Positions 33,443 to 42,510 of a stretch of 64,000 nucleotides of DNA are shown here, piece after piece (within the stretch, counting starts at the first letter, position 1; the number at the start of each line of letters is the position of its first letter). The translations under genes and the position numbers were made by a program. Source of the DNA: Oscillospiraceae bacterium. GTDB lineage: Bacteria; Bacillota; Clostridia; Oscillospirales; Ruminococcaceae. A model generated the notes under the pieces. That model saw nothing but the letters and a program-made list of their open reading frames with translations, did no database searches and was not told the origin of the DNA. The stretch covers positions 29,282 to 93,281 of the forward strand of contig JAZOCU010000054.1 of the NCBI GenBank assembly GCA_045596625.1, written 5' to 3'.

Positions 33443-34870
33443 TCACTTTGATTTTGTGCGCTTCGGTGGATTGCATACTTGAAAACACGCCTTTGTTTCC
33501 GAAGCGACCACGCCGGAAAGCACGATCAGTGCCGTAATATTCGGCAGTGCCATCAGACCGTTACAAATATCCGCAAGATTCCATACTGCTTCAACGGTCA
33601 GATAAGGTCCGATGAATACCGCTGCAATATACAGCCAACGATAGCACAGCGTTGCTGTTCGGTTTGCACCGCTTAAATAAGAAAGGCAACGCTCAGAATA
33701 ATAATTCCATCCTAAAATAGTAGTAAATGCGAAAAACACCAAACAAGCCATCAGAATCAATGCAGAGATTTTTTCGGGAAAGGGCAACCCATATTGGAAC
33801 GCAGCCGTTGTGATCTCTACGCCTTGCAATGCGGGATTCTGCTCCAGACAACCGGACATTACAATAGCAAGTCCTGTCATGGTGCAGACGATGATTGTAT
33901 CAATAAAAGTACCGGTCATAGTGATCAGACCTTGTCTTGCAGGATCTGAGGTTTTGGCTGCCGCTGCAGCGATCGGTGCAGAACCAAGACCCGCTTCATT
34001 GGAAAAAATGCCTCTGGCAATACCGGATTGCATGGAAGCAAACACCGCACCCAGTGCACCGCCTGCAACTGCACGCAAACCAAATGCACTCTCAAAAATC
34101 GTTCGTATTGCATTGGGGATCTCTTTGATATGCAAGCCGATCATCAGCAGACAACAGCATGCATACAGCACGACCATAGCTGGAACAACAATTTCGGATA
34201 CCGTTGCGATCCGCTTGATGCCACCGATGATGATCAATGCCACAAGAACTGTAATGATCGCACCAACGATCATTTGCGCATAGGTATATTCCATGCCGAA
34301 CAGTGAAACCGTGTGCTGTCGTTCAGGATCAAAGAAATTGGTTGCAGCCGTGGTAATACCGTTAATCTGGGTAATAGTACCGATTCCCATGATGCCGGCA
34401 AGCAATGCAAATACCGCAAAGAGCTTTGCAAGCCATTTCCATTTCTTACCCATACCTTTTTCGATATAGTAAAACGGTCCGCCCAGCATCTGTCCCTGTG
34501 CATCCCGTGTACGGTATTTCACTGCCAGCAAGCCTTCTGCATATTTCGTTGCCATTCCGAATAACGCGGCAACTTCCATCCACAGCAAAGCACCCGGGCC
34601 GCCGGCAGCAATGGCGGTTGCTACACCTACGATATTTCCTGTTCCGATGGTGGCAGAGAGTGCTGTGCATAATGCAGCAAAGGAAGATACTTCTCCCTGC
34701 CCTTGCTGTTCCGATGAAACCATATAGCGCAAAGCGAGTCCAAGCTTGCGAAACTGTAACCCTTTCAGCCGGATGGTCAACAAAATACCGCAGAATAAAA
34801 TCAGCACGATCAACGGTACACCCCAGATGATGCTGTCAATCTCACGGATTATACGATTGAAGGTATCCAC
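33443..34870 (-). CDS. alanine/glycine:cation symporter (AGCS family)
   Basis: 475 aa, polytopic. GTGNIVGVATAIAAGGPGALLWM and SNEAGLGSAPIAAAAAK motifs. GTG start after AGGAGG. Confidence 0.9.
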   Translation of the reverse strand: MDTFNRIIREIDSIIWGVPLIVLILFCGILLTIRLKGLQFRKLGLALRYMVSSEQQGQGEVSSFAALCTALSATIGTGNIVGVATAIAAGGPGALLWMEVAALFGMATKYAEGLLAVKYRTRDAQGQMLGGPFYYIEKGMGKKWKWLAKLFAVFALLAGIMGIGTITQINGITTAATNFFDPERQHTVSLFGMEYTYAQMIVGAIITVLVALIIIGGIKRIATVSEIVVPAMVVLYACCCLLMIGLHIKEIPNAIRTIFESAFGLRAVAGGALGAVFASMQSGIARGIFSNEAGLGSAPIAAAAAKTSDPARQGLITMTGTFIDTIIVCTMTGLAIVMSGCLEQNPALQGVEITTAAFQYGLPFPEKISALILMACLVFFAFTTILGWNYYSERCLSYLSGANRTATLCYRWLYIAAVFIGPYLTVEAVWNLADICNGLMALPNITALIVLSGVVASETKACFQVCNPPKRTKSK

Positions 34871-34906
34871 AGAAGCCTCCTGTTAAAATTTTCACATACT
34901 TTTTGT

Positions 34907-34935
34907 ATTATACCACCATCCTGCAGATTCGTCAA
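34907..34935 (-). promoter_or_regulatory. promoter of the AGCS symporter gene
   Basis: Minus strand reads TTGACG, 17 nt, TATAAT. Confidence 0.65.
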
Positions 34936-34973
34936 GAGTAATGCGGGAAAGTCAAAAAATAATATTTCAAAAT

Positions 34974-35020
34974 AAAAAAAGGACAGCTGCTCCGGTCGTT
35001 CGGAACATTCTGTCCTTTTT
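34974..35020 (-). terminator. terminator of copA
   Basis: Minus strand: AGGACAG, 23-nt structured loop, CTGTCCT, then T7. Confidence 0.6.
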
Positions 35021-35029
35021 GTTGCCTAA

Positions 35030-37249
35030 TCAGGAATGCCGTTTCGGCTCTAAGCGCATGGTACGCAGCCGCAGTGCATTGATCAACACCGAAACAGAGC
35101 TGAAGCTCATGGCAGCTGCACCGAACATCGGATTGAGCAGAATATGAAAAATCGGATACAGTGCGCCCATGGCAATGGGAATTCCCAGACAATTATAGCC
35201 AAATGCCCAAAACAGATTCTGTTTGATGTTTTGTACGGTACAGCGACTGAGATGCAGTGCGGTACGAATCAGAGAAAGCTCCGGGCGCATAAGCACGATA
35301 TCGGCGCTTTCCATTGCCACATCCGTTCCAGATCCCATGGCAACACCGATCTCTGCCTGCACCAGCGCAGGTGCATCGTTCATACCATCGCCTACCATCA
35401 TAACACAGCGTCCCTGCTGCTGCAATTGCGTAACGATGCTGATCTTATCGTCCGGCAGTACTTCGGCGTAAAACTCGGTAATGCCGGTTTGCTTGGCAAT
35501 CGACGCCGCTGTTGCACGGTGATCGCCGGTCAGCATGACGATGCGCAGGCCATCCTCCTGAAGTGCGCGGATGGCAGCAACAGCATCTTGACGAAGCGTA
35601 TCGGCAATGGCAACGGCACCAAAATAGCTGCCATCAACTGCACACAGCACAGGCGTTGCGCCCTGCGAGGTGATCTGCTCGACTATAGTCTGCGGTATCG
35701 TGATCCCATGCTCTTTCAGATAGCGAACACTGCCTACGAGAACGGATTTTCCAAAGATCTCGCAATGCACACCCAGGCCGGTATCGGCTTGGAACGCAGT
35801 GCATTCGGGAATCGCATACCCTCTTGCATTGGCTTCGCTGATCATCGCACACGCAAGGGGATGCTCAGAATGAAGCTCTGCGGCAGCAAGAACAGACAAC
35901 AGGGTCTGTTCGTCTGTTTGATGGGGATAGCAGGCACACACAGTCGGCGTGCCGATGGTAAGTGTGCCGGTTTTATCCAATATTACGGTATCTACATGAT
36001 GAGCAAGCTCCAGCGTATCGCCGCCGCGGAACAGAATGCCTAAGGATGCACCTCTGCCGGTAGCAGTTAATATGGCGGTAGGCGTAGCAAGACCTAGCGC
36101 ACAAGGACAGGCAATCACAAGCACTGAGACAAAAATCTGCAATACAAACTGAGCAGATTTTCCGTTGAATGCCCAAAATGCAGCCGCCAGCACCGCCAGA
36201 CCGATGACTATAGGAACAAACACACCGGATACACGATCGGCAAGACGGGCAATAGGAGCTTTTCGTCCTTGGGCTTCTTCAACAAGTTTGACCATCTGTG
36301 CCAATGCGGTATCGGCACCAACCTTGTTGGCACGGATCGTAAGGGTTCCGTTGCCATTGAGTGTTCCACCGAATACGGCATCGCCTGCCAATTTATCCAC
36401 AGGCAGACTTTCTCCGGTCAGCATGGATTCGTTGACAGCCGAGCTTCCTTCGATCACAACACCGTCTGTGGGGATCTTTTCTCCGGGACGCACCAGCAGC
36501 AGATCGTCGATTTTGATCATTTCAGCTTTTATCTGAATTTCGCTGCCGTCACGCAGCACCGAAGCAAGCTTGGGCGCCAGCGCCGAAAGTGCCCGGATCG
36601 CCTCGGCGGACTTGGATTTCGCGCCCGATTCCATCGTTTTGCCAAAGGTGATCAATGTCAGAATTCCGGCGGCGGATTCAAAATAAAGCTGATGCACGAA
36701 AGAATTGTCACCTCTGCCGATCTGTATCATGGCATAAAGGCTGTAGCCCAATGCCGAAATGGTGCCCATGGCGATAAGGCTGTCCATATTGGGGCTTGCC
36801 TGCAAGAGATTCCGAATACCGGCTCGGTAAAATGGAAATCCAAGGATCACAGGCGGCAGCGTCAGAAGCAATTGCGTAAGAGCAAATCTCATCGGTGATA
36901 CCGCAGGATCGAAAAAGGCAGGCAAAGGCATCCCCAGCATATGCCCCATAGTCAGGATCATCAGCAAAACCGTAAAGACAATGGAGCCGATCAGACGACG
37001 CCGGAGCTTTTGCTGTGCAGTCAGCTTGGGCTTTTGGGTATCAGGACGAGGCAGCTGAAACCCTAATGCTTCTACTGTCTCACGGATTTTTGCTTCTGTG
37101 ATCATCTCCGGAGCATATTCGACCGTAAGCTGCTCTGTTGCAAAATTCACGGATGCAGAAGTGATGCCTTCCTGCTTGCGCAAACGCCGTTCAATGCGTG
37201 CGGCACAGGCAGAACAGGTCATACCTGCAACCGAAAAGCGTTGTTCCAT
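35030..37249 (-). CDS. copA: copper-translocating P1B-type ATPase
   Basis: Start ATG 37249 after GAGGGG. HMA domain [19 protein letters not shown] helix [26 protein letters not shown]. Confidence 0.9.
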   Translation of the reverse strand: MEQRFSVAGMTCSACAARIERRLRKQEGITSASVNFATEQLTVEYAPEMITEAKIRETVEALGFQLPRPDTQKPKLTAQQKLRRRLIGSIVFTVLLMILTMGHMLGMPLPAFFDPAVSPMRFALTQLLLTLPPVILGFPFYRAGIRNLLQASPNMDSLIAMGTISALGYSLYAMIQIGRGDNSFVHQLYFESAAGILTLITFGKTMESGAKSKSAEAIRALSALAPKLASVLRDGSEIQIKAEMIKIDDLLLVRPGEKIPTDGVVIEGSSAVNESMLTGESLPVDKLAGDAVFGGTLNGNGTLTIRANKVGADTALAQMVKLVEEAQGRKAPIARLADRVSGVFVPIVIGLAVLAAAFWAFNGKSAQFVLQIFVSVLVIACPCALGLATPTAILTATGRGASLGILFRGGDTLELAHHVDTVILDKTGTLTIGTPTVCACYPHQTDEQTLLSVLAAAELHSEHPLACAMISEANARGYAIPECTAFQADTGLGVHCEIFGKSVLVGSVRYLKEHGITIPQTIVEQITSQGATPVLCAVDGSYFGAVAIADTLRQDAVAAIRALQEDGLRIVMLTGDHRATAASIAKQTGITEFYAEVLPDDKISIVTQLQQQGRCVMMVGDGMNDAPALVQAEIGVAMGSGTDVAMESADIVLMRPELSLIRTALHLSRCTVQNIKQNLFWAFGYNCLGIPIAMGALYPIFHILLNPMFGAAAMSFSSVSVLINALRLRTMRLEPKRHS

Positions 37250-37280
37250 GTTACCCCTCATTTCATTGCGGAATGAATCC

Positions 37281-37309
37281 ATTATACCACAAAGTTTATC
37301 GCCTTGCAA
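37281..37309 (-). promoter_or_regulatory. consensus promoter of copA
   Basis: Minus strand reads TTGCAA, 17 nt, TATAAT, ending 31 nt upstream of the ATG. Confidence 0.65.
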
Positions 37310-37315
37310 GGCGAT
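37298..37315. promoter_or_regulatory. perfect 18-bp palindrome ATCGCCTTGCAAGGCGAT (candidate metalloregulator operator)
   Basis: Self-complementary with no loop. Its centre TTGCAA is the copA -35 box. Confidence 0.5.
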
Positions 37316-37319
37316 GCTG

Positions 37320-37348
37320 TTGACAAATTTCGGTGTATGTGCTACACT
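37320..37348 (+). promoter_or_regulatory. divergent promoter for the 72-aa ORF
   Basis: TTGACA, 17 nt, TACACT. Confidence 0.45.
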
Positions 37349-37400
37349 GTATATGCTTGATTGCAACGATATTATACCGAGATCGGAGGTGTCAGGGCAA

Positions 37401-37619
37401 ATGATAACCGAAATAGTCCTTGCAGCATTCTGGCTGCTGAGCAATGTCAATGCCGGCGATAATACGCCTGTGGGACTGTATCTTGCCATCGGCGGCATCG
37501 CACTGCTGCTGATGATTGCTATGGCTGCAACAAAAGCACTTTCCAACAAAGAAAACAAAAACGATCAGAACAAGAGTGCAAAATCCAAGGCTACAGAAAA
37601 GGATTCTGAAACGAAGTAA
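37401..37619 (+). CDS. small hypothetical membrane protein (72 aa)
   Basis: GGAGGTG RBS 9 nt before the ATG. Two hydrophobic segments and a Lys/Asn/Glu-rich tail. Confidence 0.35.
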   Translation: MITEIVLAAFWLLSNVNAGDNTPVGLYLAIGGIALLLMIAMAATKALSNKENKNDQNKSAKSKATEKDSETK

Positions 37620-37679
37620 ATCTTGCACTGCGATAAATTGATGCAACGCTGCATATATATCATTTTGAGGTGATGCAGG

Positions 37680-38030
37680 ATGCAGTGCAGGATTTCCTAT
37701 CTGCGGCAGTTGGAACTGATCGATATCCGCACAGGTGAACGTCTGGGGTTTGCAGATGATTTTGCTGTGGATACAGAAACCGGCAGAATGCTTTCCATAA
37801 TCCGCTACGGCAAAGAACGCTGCTTTGGTTTTTTCGGCAGAGAAAAAGATCATGAACTGCCGTTTTCCTGTGTCCGGCAGATCGGAAAGCAACTCATACT
37901 GCTGGATTCGGGACAGCCCTATACACAGAATGCCACAGTTGATCCTTTGTTGCCGAAGGATCCGTTAGCACCCTATTATACCGACCGTCCAACAAACAAA
38001 AAGCAAAGCCGATACCGTTGGTTTTCATAA
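37680..38030 (+). CDS. YlmC/YmxH-family (PRC-barrel) sporulation protein
   Basis: ISYLRQLELIDIRTGERLGFADDFAVDTETGRMLSII...FGREKDHELPFSCVRQIGKQLILLD matches the family pattern. Has a C-terminal extension of about 30 aa. Confidence 0.7.
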   Translation: MQCRISYLRQLELIDIRTGERLGFADDFAVDTETGRMLSIIRYGKERCFGFFGREKDHELPFSCVRQIGKQLILLDSGQPYTQNATVDPLLPKDPLAPYYTDRPTNKKQSRYRWFS

Positions 38031-38031
38031 C

Positions 38032-38078
38032 AAAAAGAAAGCGCCTCTCGCTGATTTGAAGCAGCAAGAGGCGCTTTT
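38032..38078. terminator. bidirectional terminator between convergent genes
   Basis: AAAAAGAAAGCGCCTCT, 18-nt loop, AGAGGCGCTTTT. Confidence 0.7.
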
Positions 38079-38102
38079 CAATTGGATCAGAGATATGCCG
38101 GG

Positions 38103-40739
38103 TTATTTGAACATCACTTTACGTTCGATCGCCTTGACGATCTCGACAATAGGAACGATCAGTGCAGCAAGACCGATACCGATAAGATACTGTGTCGGTT
38201 CAAGCGCTACCAAAGAAAAGATGGTCTGCAATCCGGGAATCAGCAGCAGCGGCACCGTAAGCAGAACGGATAAGCCAATTGCGCCCAGCATAGCAAGATT
38301 CCGGCTGTGCATAGTGAAAACAGAGCCATAGAGACTGCGCATATTCCAAGCATGGAACATTTCACAGAAGGAAAGTGTCAGAAATGCCATCGTATCACCG
38401 GCTTCGGGGCTGGTCTGGGCGCCGACCACATAGGCCGCCAATGTCAGGATCGCAATCACTGCGCCCTGCCAGAGCAAATTGATCCCCATGCCCTCAGCAA
38501 AGATATGGGTATTGCTGCTGCGCGGTTTTCTGTTCATAATGCCTCGCTCAGCAGGCTCCATACCCAGAGCGATGGCAGGGAAGGTGTCAGAAATCAGATT
38601 GATCCACAACAGATGCACAGGCTGGAAGATCGTAAAGGGTCCGCCTGTGAGACTGCCCAAACCAATCGTGGCGATCAGAATGCACAGCACCTCGCTGAGA
38701 TTACTGGAAAGCAGGAACTGGATCGCCTTACGGATATTGTCGTAAATACGGCGGCCTTCCTCAACGGCATTGACAATGGTAGCAAAGTTATCATCGGCAA
38801 GCACCATATCTGCTACATTCTTGGTAACATCGGTACCGGTAATACCCATGCCGACACCGATATCGGCACTTTTGATGGAAGGTGCATCGTTAACACCGTC
38901 ACCGGTCATTGCCGTGGTTTTATTCTGTTTTCTCCATGCATTCACGATCCGAACCTTGTGCTCGGGCTGCACACGGGCATAAACACTGTATTCGGCAACA
39001 TGCTTTTCAAATTCTTCATCGGGGATCCGGCTCAGCTCGGCACCGGTAAGTGCCTTCTGCCCTTCATTTAAGATTCCCAGTTCTGTTGCGATGGCAACAG
39101 CAGTATCCTTATGATCGCCTGTAATCATGATAGGACGAACACCGGCACTGCGGCAAAGCTCAATGGCAGGCTTGACTTCGGGACGAACAGGATCGATCAT
39201 ACCGGTCAGTCCGATATAAATGAGATCCTGCTCCAATGTTTCGGGATTGCTGTCGGCAGGCAGAGCCGTATGCTCACGATAAGCAGCCAGCAATACACGC
39301 AAAGCCTGATCTGCCATTTCTTTATTGGATTGCAGGATGCGGGTGCGGTCTGCATCGGTCATAGGACGAACAATACCGTTTTCCTGAATACGGGTGCAGC
39401 AGCGCAGTGCCTCATCGGGCGCACCCTTTGTGTACTGCACATAACCCTGTTCGGTCTTGTGCACCGTAGACATCATCTTACGCATGGAATCAAAGGGCGC
39501 TTCCATCACACGGGGTGTCTGGGCTTCCATTTCATATTTACGCAAGCCAAGCGTATTGGCATAACTGACAAGCGCTGCCTCTGTCGGCTCACCGGTTACG
39601 CTGCCGTCGGTATTGAGCACAGCATCACAGCAAAGCGCCATTGCACGAGCCAGCAGTTGTTCTTCCTCGGCGGAATGCTTGGTGACCGTCATTTTATTCT
39701 GCGTAAGCGTACCGGTCTTATCACTGCAGATGATCTCGGCACAGCCCAGCGCCTCAACAGCAGTGAGCTTACGGATCACCGCACTGCGCTTGGACATATT
39801 GGTCACACCAATGGAAAGCACCACCGTGACAACGGCGGCAAGGCCCTCGGGAATCGCAGCAACAGCAAGACTTACCGAAAGCATAAAGGATTCCAAAAAT
39901 GCAGGCAGCGTCAGCTCACCGCCCTGTACCAGAATGCGGACAACATTCAGTCCAAGAATGAAAACACAGATCCCCAATACGGCAAAGGATAGGATTTTGC
40001 TGAGCTGATTCAGCTTTTTCTGCAGCGGCGTATCGTCATCATCGGCAGTCGCAATCGCTGTTGCGATCTTGCCCATTTCGGTCTGCATACCGGTAGCCAC
40101 CACAACAGCCTTGGCTCTGCCGTAAGCAATGGTAGAGCCCATATACAGCATATTGCGGCGATCGCCCAGCGGCACTTCATCTCCATGCAATACATCGCTG
40201 ATCTTATCGGAAGGCACACTTTCACCGGTGAGTGCGGCTTCTTCGGATTTCAGTGCAGCACATTCAAGGATACGGCAGTCGGCAGGCACACTGTCACCGG
40301 CTTCCAGATTGATGACATCACCAATTACAAGCTCCGCACTTGCAACCAATTTTGCATCTCCGTCACGCAGCACCTTGCTCTGCGCAGCACTCATCGCCTG
40401 CAACGCAGCGATCGCGGCCTCAGCTTTGTTCTCTTGATATACGCCCAACACGGCGTTGGCAATTACAACAAACAGAATGATGAAAGCATCCGGCTCCAGA
40501 TGACCTTCGGCGATAATGCCGGTCAAAGCGGAAACCACAGCAGCGGCAATCAGCACAAGGATCATGGGGTTCTTGAATTGCTCAATAAATCTTGCCAACA
40601 GCGATTGTTTCGGCGGCTCCTCCAGCTGATTGGGGCCGTTTGCTTTCAGACGTTCGGCGGCTTCCTGAGAGGACAGACCGGCCTCAGTACTCCTGACCTC
40701 GGCAAGCACCTCTTCGGTTGAAACCAGATAATGCTTCAT
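38103..40739 (-). CDS. P2-type (Ca-type) cation-transporting ATPase, probably Mn2+/Ca2+ efflux given its riboswitch
   Basis: Start ATG 40739. LTGESVP, ICSDKTGTLTQN, AAIPEGLAAV, MTGDGVNDAPS. 878 aa with about 10 TM helices. Confidence 0.9.
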   Translation of the reverse strand: MKHYLVSTEEVLAEVRSTEAGLSSQEAAERLKANGPNQLEEPPKQSLLARFIEQFKNPMILVLIAAAVVSALTGIIAEGHLEPDAFIILFVVIANAVLGVYQENKAEAAIAALQAMSAAQSKVLRDGDAKLVASAELVIGDVINLEAGDSVPADCRILECAALKSEEAALTGESVPSDKISDVLHGDEVPLGDRRNMLYMGSTIAYGRAKAVVVATGMQTEMGKIATAIATADDDDTPLQKKLNQLSKILSFAVLGICVFILGLNVVRILVQGGELTLPAFLESFMLSVSLAVAAIPEGLAAVVTVVLSIGVTNMSKRSAVIRKLTAVEALGCAEIICSDKTGTLTQNKMTVTKHSAEEEQLLARAMALCCDAVLNTDGSVTGEPTEAALVSYANTLGLRKYEMEAQTPRVMEAPFDSMRKMMSTVHKTEQGYVQYTKGAPDEALRCCTRIQENGIVRPMTDADRTRILQSNKEMADQALRVLLAAYREHTALPADSNPETLEQDLIYIGLTGMIDPVRPEVKPAIELCRSAGVRPIMITGDHKDTAVAIATELGILNEGQKALTGAELSRIPDEEFEKHVAEYSVYARVQPEHKVRIVNAWRKQNKTTAMTGDGVNDAPSIKSADIGVGMGITGTDVTKNVADMVLADDNFATIVNAVEEGRRIYDNIRKAIQFLLSSNLSEVLCILIATIGLGSLTGGPFTIFQPVHLLWINLISDTFPAIALGMEPAERGIMNRKPRSSNTHIFAEGMGINLLWQGAVIAILTLAAYVVGAQTSPEAGDTMAFLTLSFCEMFHAWNMRSLYGSVFTMHSRNLAMLGAIGLSVLLTVPLLLIPGLQTIFSLVALEPTQYLIGIGLAALIVPIVEIVKAIERKVMFK

Positions 40740-40802
40740 ACTTGCTTGTTCCTTTCCTGCAAATGTAATCGGGCGGCTTGCAAAGCAGCGGCGCAGAGAC
40801 AG

Positions 40803-40860
40803 CAAATAACGAAAAAGACCTCCGCTCCGGCTTACATGAAAAACCAAAGCGAAAGTCTTG
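40803..40860 (-). terminator. riboswitch expression-platform terminator
   Basis: Minus strand: AAGACTTTCGCT ... AGCGGAGGTCTT followed by TTTCGTTATTT. Its 5' arm reuses the 3' strand of aptamer helix P1, so the two structures are mutually exclusive. Confidence 0.6.
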
Positions 40861-40957
40861 CCAATTCTATTTCATGCGGCTGTATGAATGATTCCATACA
40901 ACGCCATGACGCAATGAAATCCGTCGTATTACGCCGGCGGCTACTCCCTGTTCGCAA
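40849..40957 (-). promoter_or_regulatory. yybP-ykoY manganese riboswitch aptamer
   Basis: Minus strand reads TTGCGAACAGGGAGTAGCC ... TGTATGGAATCATTCATACA ... TTGGCAAGACTTTCGC. It carries the hallmark GGGAGUAG and GCAAGAC loops, the CAUAC hairpin, and a GCGAA/TTCGC P1 helix. Confidence 0.75.
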
Positions 40958-40965
40958 TGGTATAC

Positions 40966-40994
40966 AGTATACCATATTCTGCCGTCATTGTCAA
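40966..40994 (-). promoter_or_regulatory. consensus promoter feeding the Mn riboswitch
   Basis: Minus strand reads TTGACA, 17 nt, TATACT. Confidence 0.7.
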
Positions 40995-41147
40995 TATTAT
41001 CGGCATGATTTCATCAGATTATGCGTACTGCTGTGAGTTTGACATCTGTTTTTCGTTGATTTTGCTTGACTACCTGTGCTGCCTATATCTGTGAATAGCA
41101 GCCAAATAAAGAGGGTATACTTTGTAACGAACACGCAAAGGAGGCGC

Positions 41148-42317
41148 ATGAATTTGCAGATGGCAACAAATAGTACCGATCGGCTGCTGCCGGAGGAGGA
41201 CGGCTTGCTTTCCGGCAGAATCACACCGGAAAGTGCGATGTGGCTGGGCGCAGTGCTGGCAGAAGCTTCTGCTCGCTGTATGGTAGGATTTTCTCCCGAT
41301 TCTGCCTTTGCCCGCGCTGCGGCATATACCGTATGCGGTGCAGCAGCGGCAGCAGGCGGACAAACAGTTTTGGTGCCGGATTGTATCCCCATTGAGCTTG
41401 GGGCCGCATCCATAGCAGGCGATTGTGATATGATCCTGCATATTGATGAGGCACGGATGCGTATGTTTGCACGAGGTCTGCTGCCATTGCCTGCGATACA
41501 GACGGAAATTCTGATGGCCGGTAAAAAAACCGGCTGGCTGCAGCGTACCGAATATGGCAGCACAATCGATGGAGAAGGTCTGCGGATGCTGTATCCGAAA
41601 GAGGTGCTGCGCCGTTTGCCCACAGCACTGCGAGGTATGCCCGAGATCAGTACGGCAGCACCGAGATTGTATGCATTATGTCAAAGACTGTTTCGGGGCG
41701 GCAGAGGCGAATTGCTGACCTTCCAGATGTCGGGAGACGGCAGAAAAGTTTCATTGTATACCGAAAAAACCGGCTGGATCTTCTACGAACGGCTGCTGCT
41801 TCTGGTAGCAGGACAGTACTTCGCCGAAGGCAGAGATGCTGCATTGCCTTATTGGATGCCTCGTGCTGCCGAGGAGCTTGCTGCAAGCTGCCATCGCAGA
41901 GTGCTGCGGTATGCTTCGGCATCAGACGGCACCGATGCGGAAGCCAGGGCTTTGGCATTGCGTCAGGGAATCACATTGGATGCAGCTGTGCTCTGTGCAG
42001 AATTTTTGCGTATGTATGCCGAGCATGACGGCTCGCTGACAGAATGGCTTGCGCATTTGCCGAACAGTCATACGGTACGACGGATCGTGCGGCTTTCCGA
42101 AACCGAGGATTCTGCAGGTGTTGCAAAGCGCTGCTCGGCGCAGGGACAATGGAATACCCATTGGACAGCCGAGGGTCTAGTGGCAGAGAATGCTCGAGGA
42201 CAGGCATTGCTTCGCCCTTCCCGCAGCGGCAAAAGCCTTACCTTATGGGCAGAAGCACAAAGCATGGAGCTTGCAGCTGAGATTGCAGGCGATCTTACCG
42301 CACTGCTTGAGCAATAA
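41148..42317 (+). CDS. degenerate phosphoglucomutase/phosphomannomutase-fold protein
   Basis: AAAGGAGG RBS then ATG 41148. Four-domain PGM-like layout with a domain IV signature (LLRPSRSGKSLTLWAEAQS). The metal loop is SGDGRK instead of DGDGDR, and no TASHNP phosphoserine loop is visible. Confidence 0.45.
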   Translation: MNLQMATNSTDRLLPEEDGLLSGRITPESAMWLGAVLAEASARCMVGFSPDSAFARAAAYTVCGAAAAAGGQTVLVPDCIPIELGAASIAGDCDMILHIDEARMRMFARGLLPLPAIQTEILMAGKKTGWLQRTEYGSTIDGEGLRMLYPKEVLRRLPTALRGMPEISTAAPRLYALCQRLFRGGRGELLTFQMSGDGRKVSLYTEKTGWIFYERLLLLVAGQYFAEGRDAALPYWMPRAAEELAASCHRRVLRYASASDGTDAEARALALRQGITLDAAVLCAEFLRMYAEHDGSLTEWLAHLPNSHTVRRIVRLSETEDSAGVAKRCSAQGQWNTHWTAEGLVAENARGQALLRPSRSGKSLTLWAEAQSMELAAEIAGDLTALLEQ

Positions 42318-42390
42318 ACGCTGTGTATTCTTTTTTGTGTCGTGCTGCTTTGCAGACACGGCGTTACATCTGACCAATCGGAAAAAGCCC

Positions 42391-42419
42391 TTGACTTTTC
42401 AGCGTTTTTATCGTATACT
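42391..42419 (+). promoter_or_regulatory. promoter of rnj
   Basis: TTGACT, 17 nt, TATACT. Confidence 0.65.
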
Positions 42420-42510
42420 AGTATCTGTATGATTATGTCCGGAAATCAATCTGTTTTTCTGCACAAAAAAGTGTTATGGCAGAAAAACTGCAAGAAAGAG
42501 AGGTAACCAT

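Noticed and set aside
40957-40971. Near-palindrome GGTATACAGTATACC upstream of the P-type ATPase
   Set aside because: It is explained by the -10 box (TATACT) and the first transcribed bases of the promoter feeding the Mn riboswitch. No separate operator needs to be invoked.
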